From Spirochaetia bacterium (GTDB lineage Bacteria > Spirochaetota > Spirochaetia > DSM-16054 > Sediminispirochaetaceae): DNA of 64,000 nt. Below, piece by piece: positions 63,404 through 64,000 of the stretch. How positions within the stretch are numbered: position 1 is the first letter of the stretch; every line of letters begins with the position of its first letter. The notes beneath the pieces were generated by a model. The model was not told the origin of the DNA, ran no database searches, and saw nothing but the letters and a program-made list of their open reading frames with translations. Position numbers and translations under genes: made by a program. Location of the stretch: NCBI GenBank assembly GCA_034520965.1, contig JAXHMY010000002.1, forward strand, positions 32,001 through 96,000, written 5' to 3'.

Positions 63404-64000
63404 ATGAATAGATATGTACTTCTGCTTTTTATAACAAGCATACTCGTGTTCAGCAACGGGATAATTTTTTCCCGGGAGCAGCCCGAACTTTCGGATCTAG
63501 TGGGGACAGCGGAGTTTTTTCCAAACCTGCAGGCGGAGTATAGTTCAGCGGCTTCTCCTCAGGAGGCGCTTGAACTTATCCGTAAGTTCTTACCTACAGT
63601 CGATCAAAACGAGCATCGCCATAAGCTGCTGCTGGATATGGCCAAAATAGAGGAACAGATAGGCAGACTGCAGGATGCACAGCTGCACTATCAGTCGGCC
63701 GCTTTTGCTCCTAGTGGGAAACGTGATTTTCGCGCCCTGTACCTCTCAGCCTTGCTCTTGATCGAGTTTGCAGACTTTGAACAGGCTTTCCTTCAATGCC
63801 GTCATATAGTCCGGGAAAGTACGGATACAGAACTGGCTCACATGGCTCGCATGCAGGAAGCTCGTATACTTCAGCACCAAGATCGTGAGGCGGAAGCAGC
63901 CACGATTCTTCACTCTCTCTACGAGATCCGTGGTCAACTGCCGGCAGAAGTGCTCTACGGTATGTATGTACTTTATGCATCTCAACCTGAGATGTCCGAT
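63404..64000 (+). CDS. Exported TPR-like protein; 3' end outside the window
   Basis: Manual translation MNRYVLLLFITSILVFSNG...LLDMAKIEEQIGRLQDAQLHYQSAA... is open to the window end. Confidence 0.7.
   Translation, partial: MNRYVLLLFITSILVFSNGIIFSREQPELSDLVGTAEFFPNLQAEYSSAASPQEALELIRKFLPTVDQNEHRHKLLLDMAKIEEQIGRLQDAQLHYQSAAFAPSGKRDFRALYLSALLLIEFADFEQAFLQCRHIVRESTDTELAHMARMQEARILQHQDREAEAATILHSLYEIRGQLPAEVLYGMYVLYASQPEMSD

Noticed and set aside
63711..63985. Minus-strand ORFs at the window end
   Set aside because: They are antisense to the open plus-strand frame starting at 63404, which has a signal peptide and follows miaB.

Overview
This is a chromosomal window from a bacterium that is most likely a free-living spirochaete. 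That call is inferred from the gene set: an E-C-A-B-D-I-K V-type ATPase, an LptD-like protein, a TP0733-like barrel and gap-pgk-tpiA-secG. Most genes are housekeeping: two EF-G paralogues, tRNA-Val, yggS, rluD, murI-rsgA-mutS2, V-ATPase, ispG-uvrA-lptD, phoH-HD hydrolase-ybeY-corC, glycolysis, nusB, map, htrA, folD, a purH-like gene, an LCP protein and miaB. Three insertion sequences are present. (1) An IS1634-family element carries a ~90-bp target duplication that copies the end of (2) an unclassified IS1-like DDE element with 20-bp IRs. (3) An IS110/IS1111-type element lies at 38616-40109. Its 3' non-coding region contains short segments matching its own target and donor junctions (a putative bridge/seek RNA). 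Its reconstructed empty site is a perfect 44-bp palindrome belonging to an apparently undescribed family of paired AT-rich palindromes (ATTCT...AGAAT) that recurs in the window. Several single-base frameshifts in conserved genes suggest long-read assembly errors.
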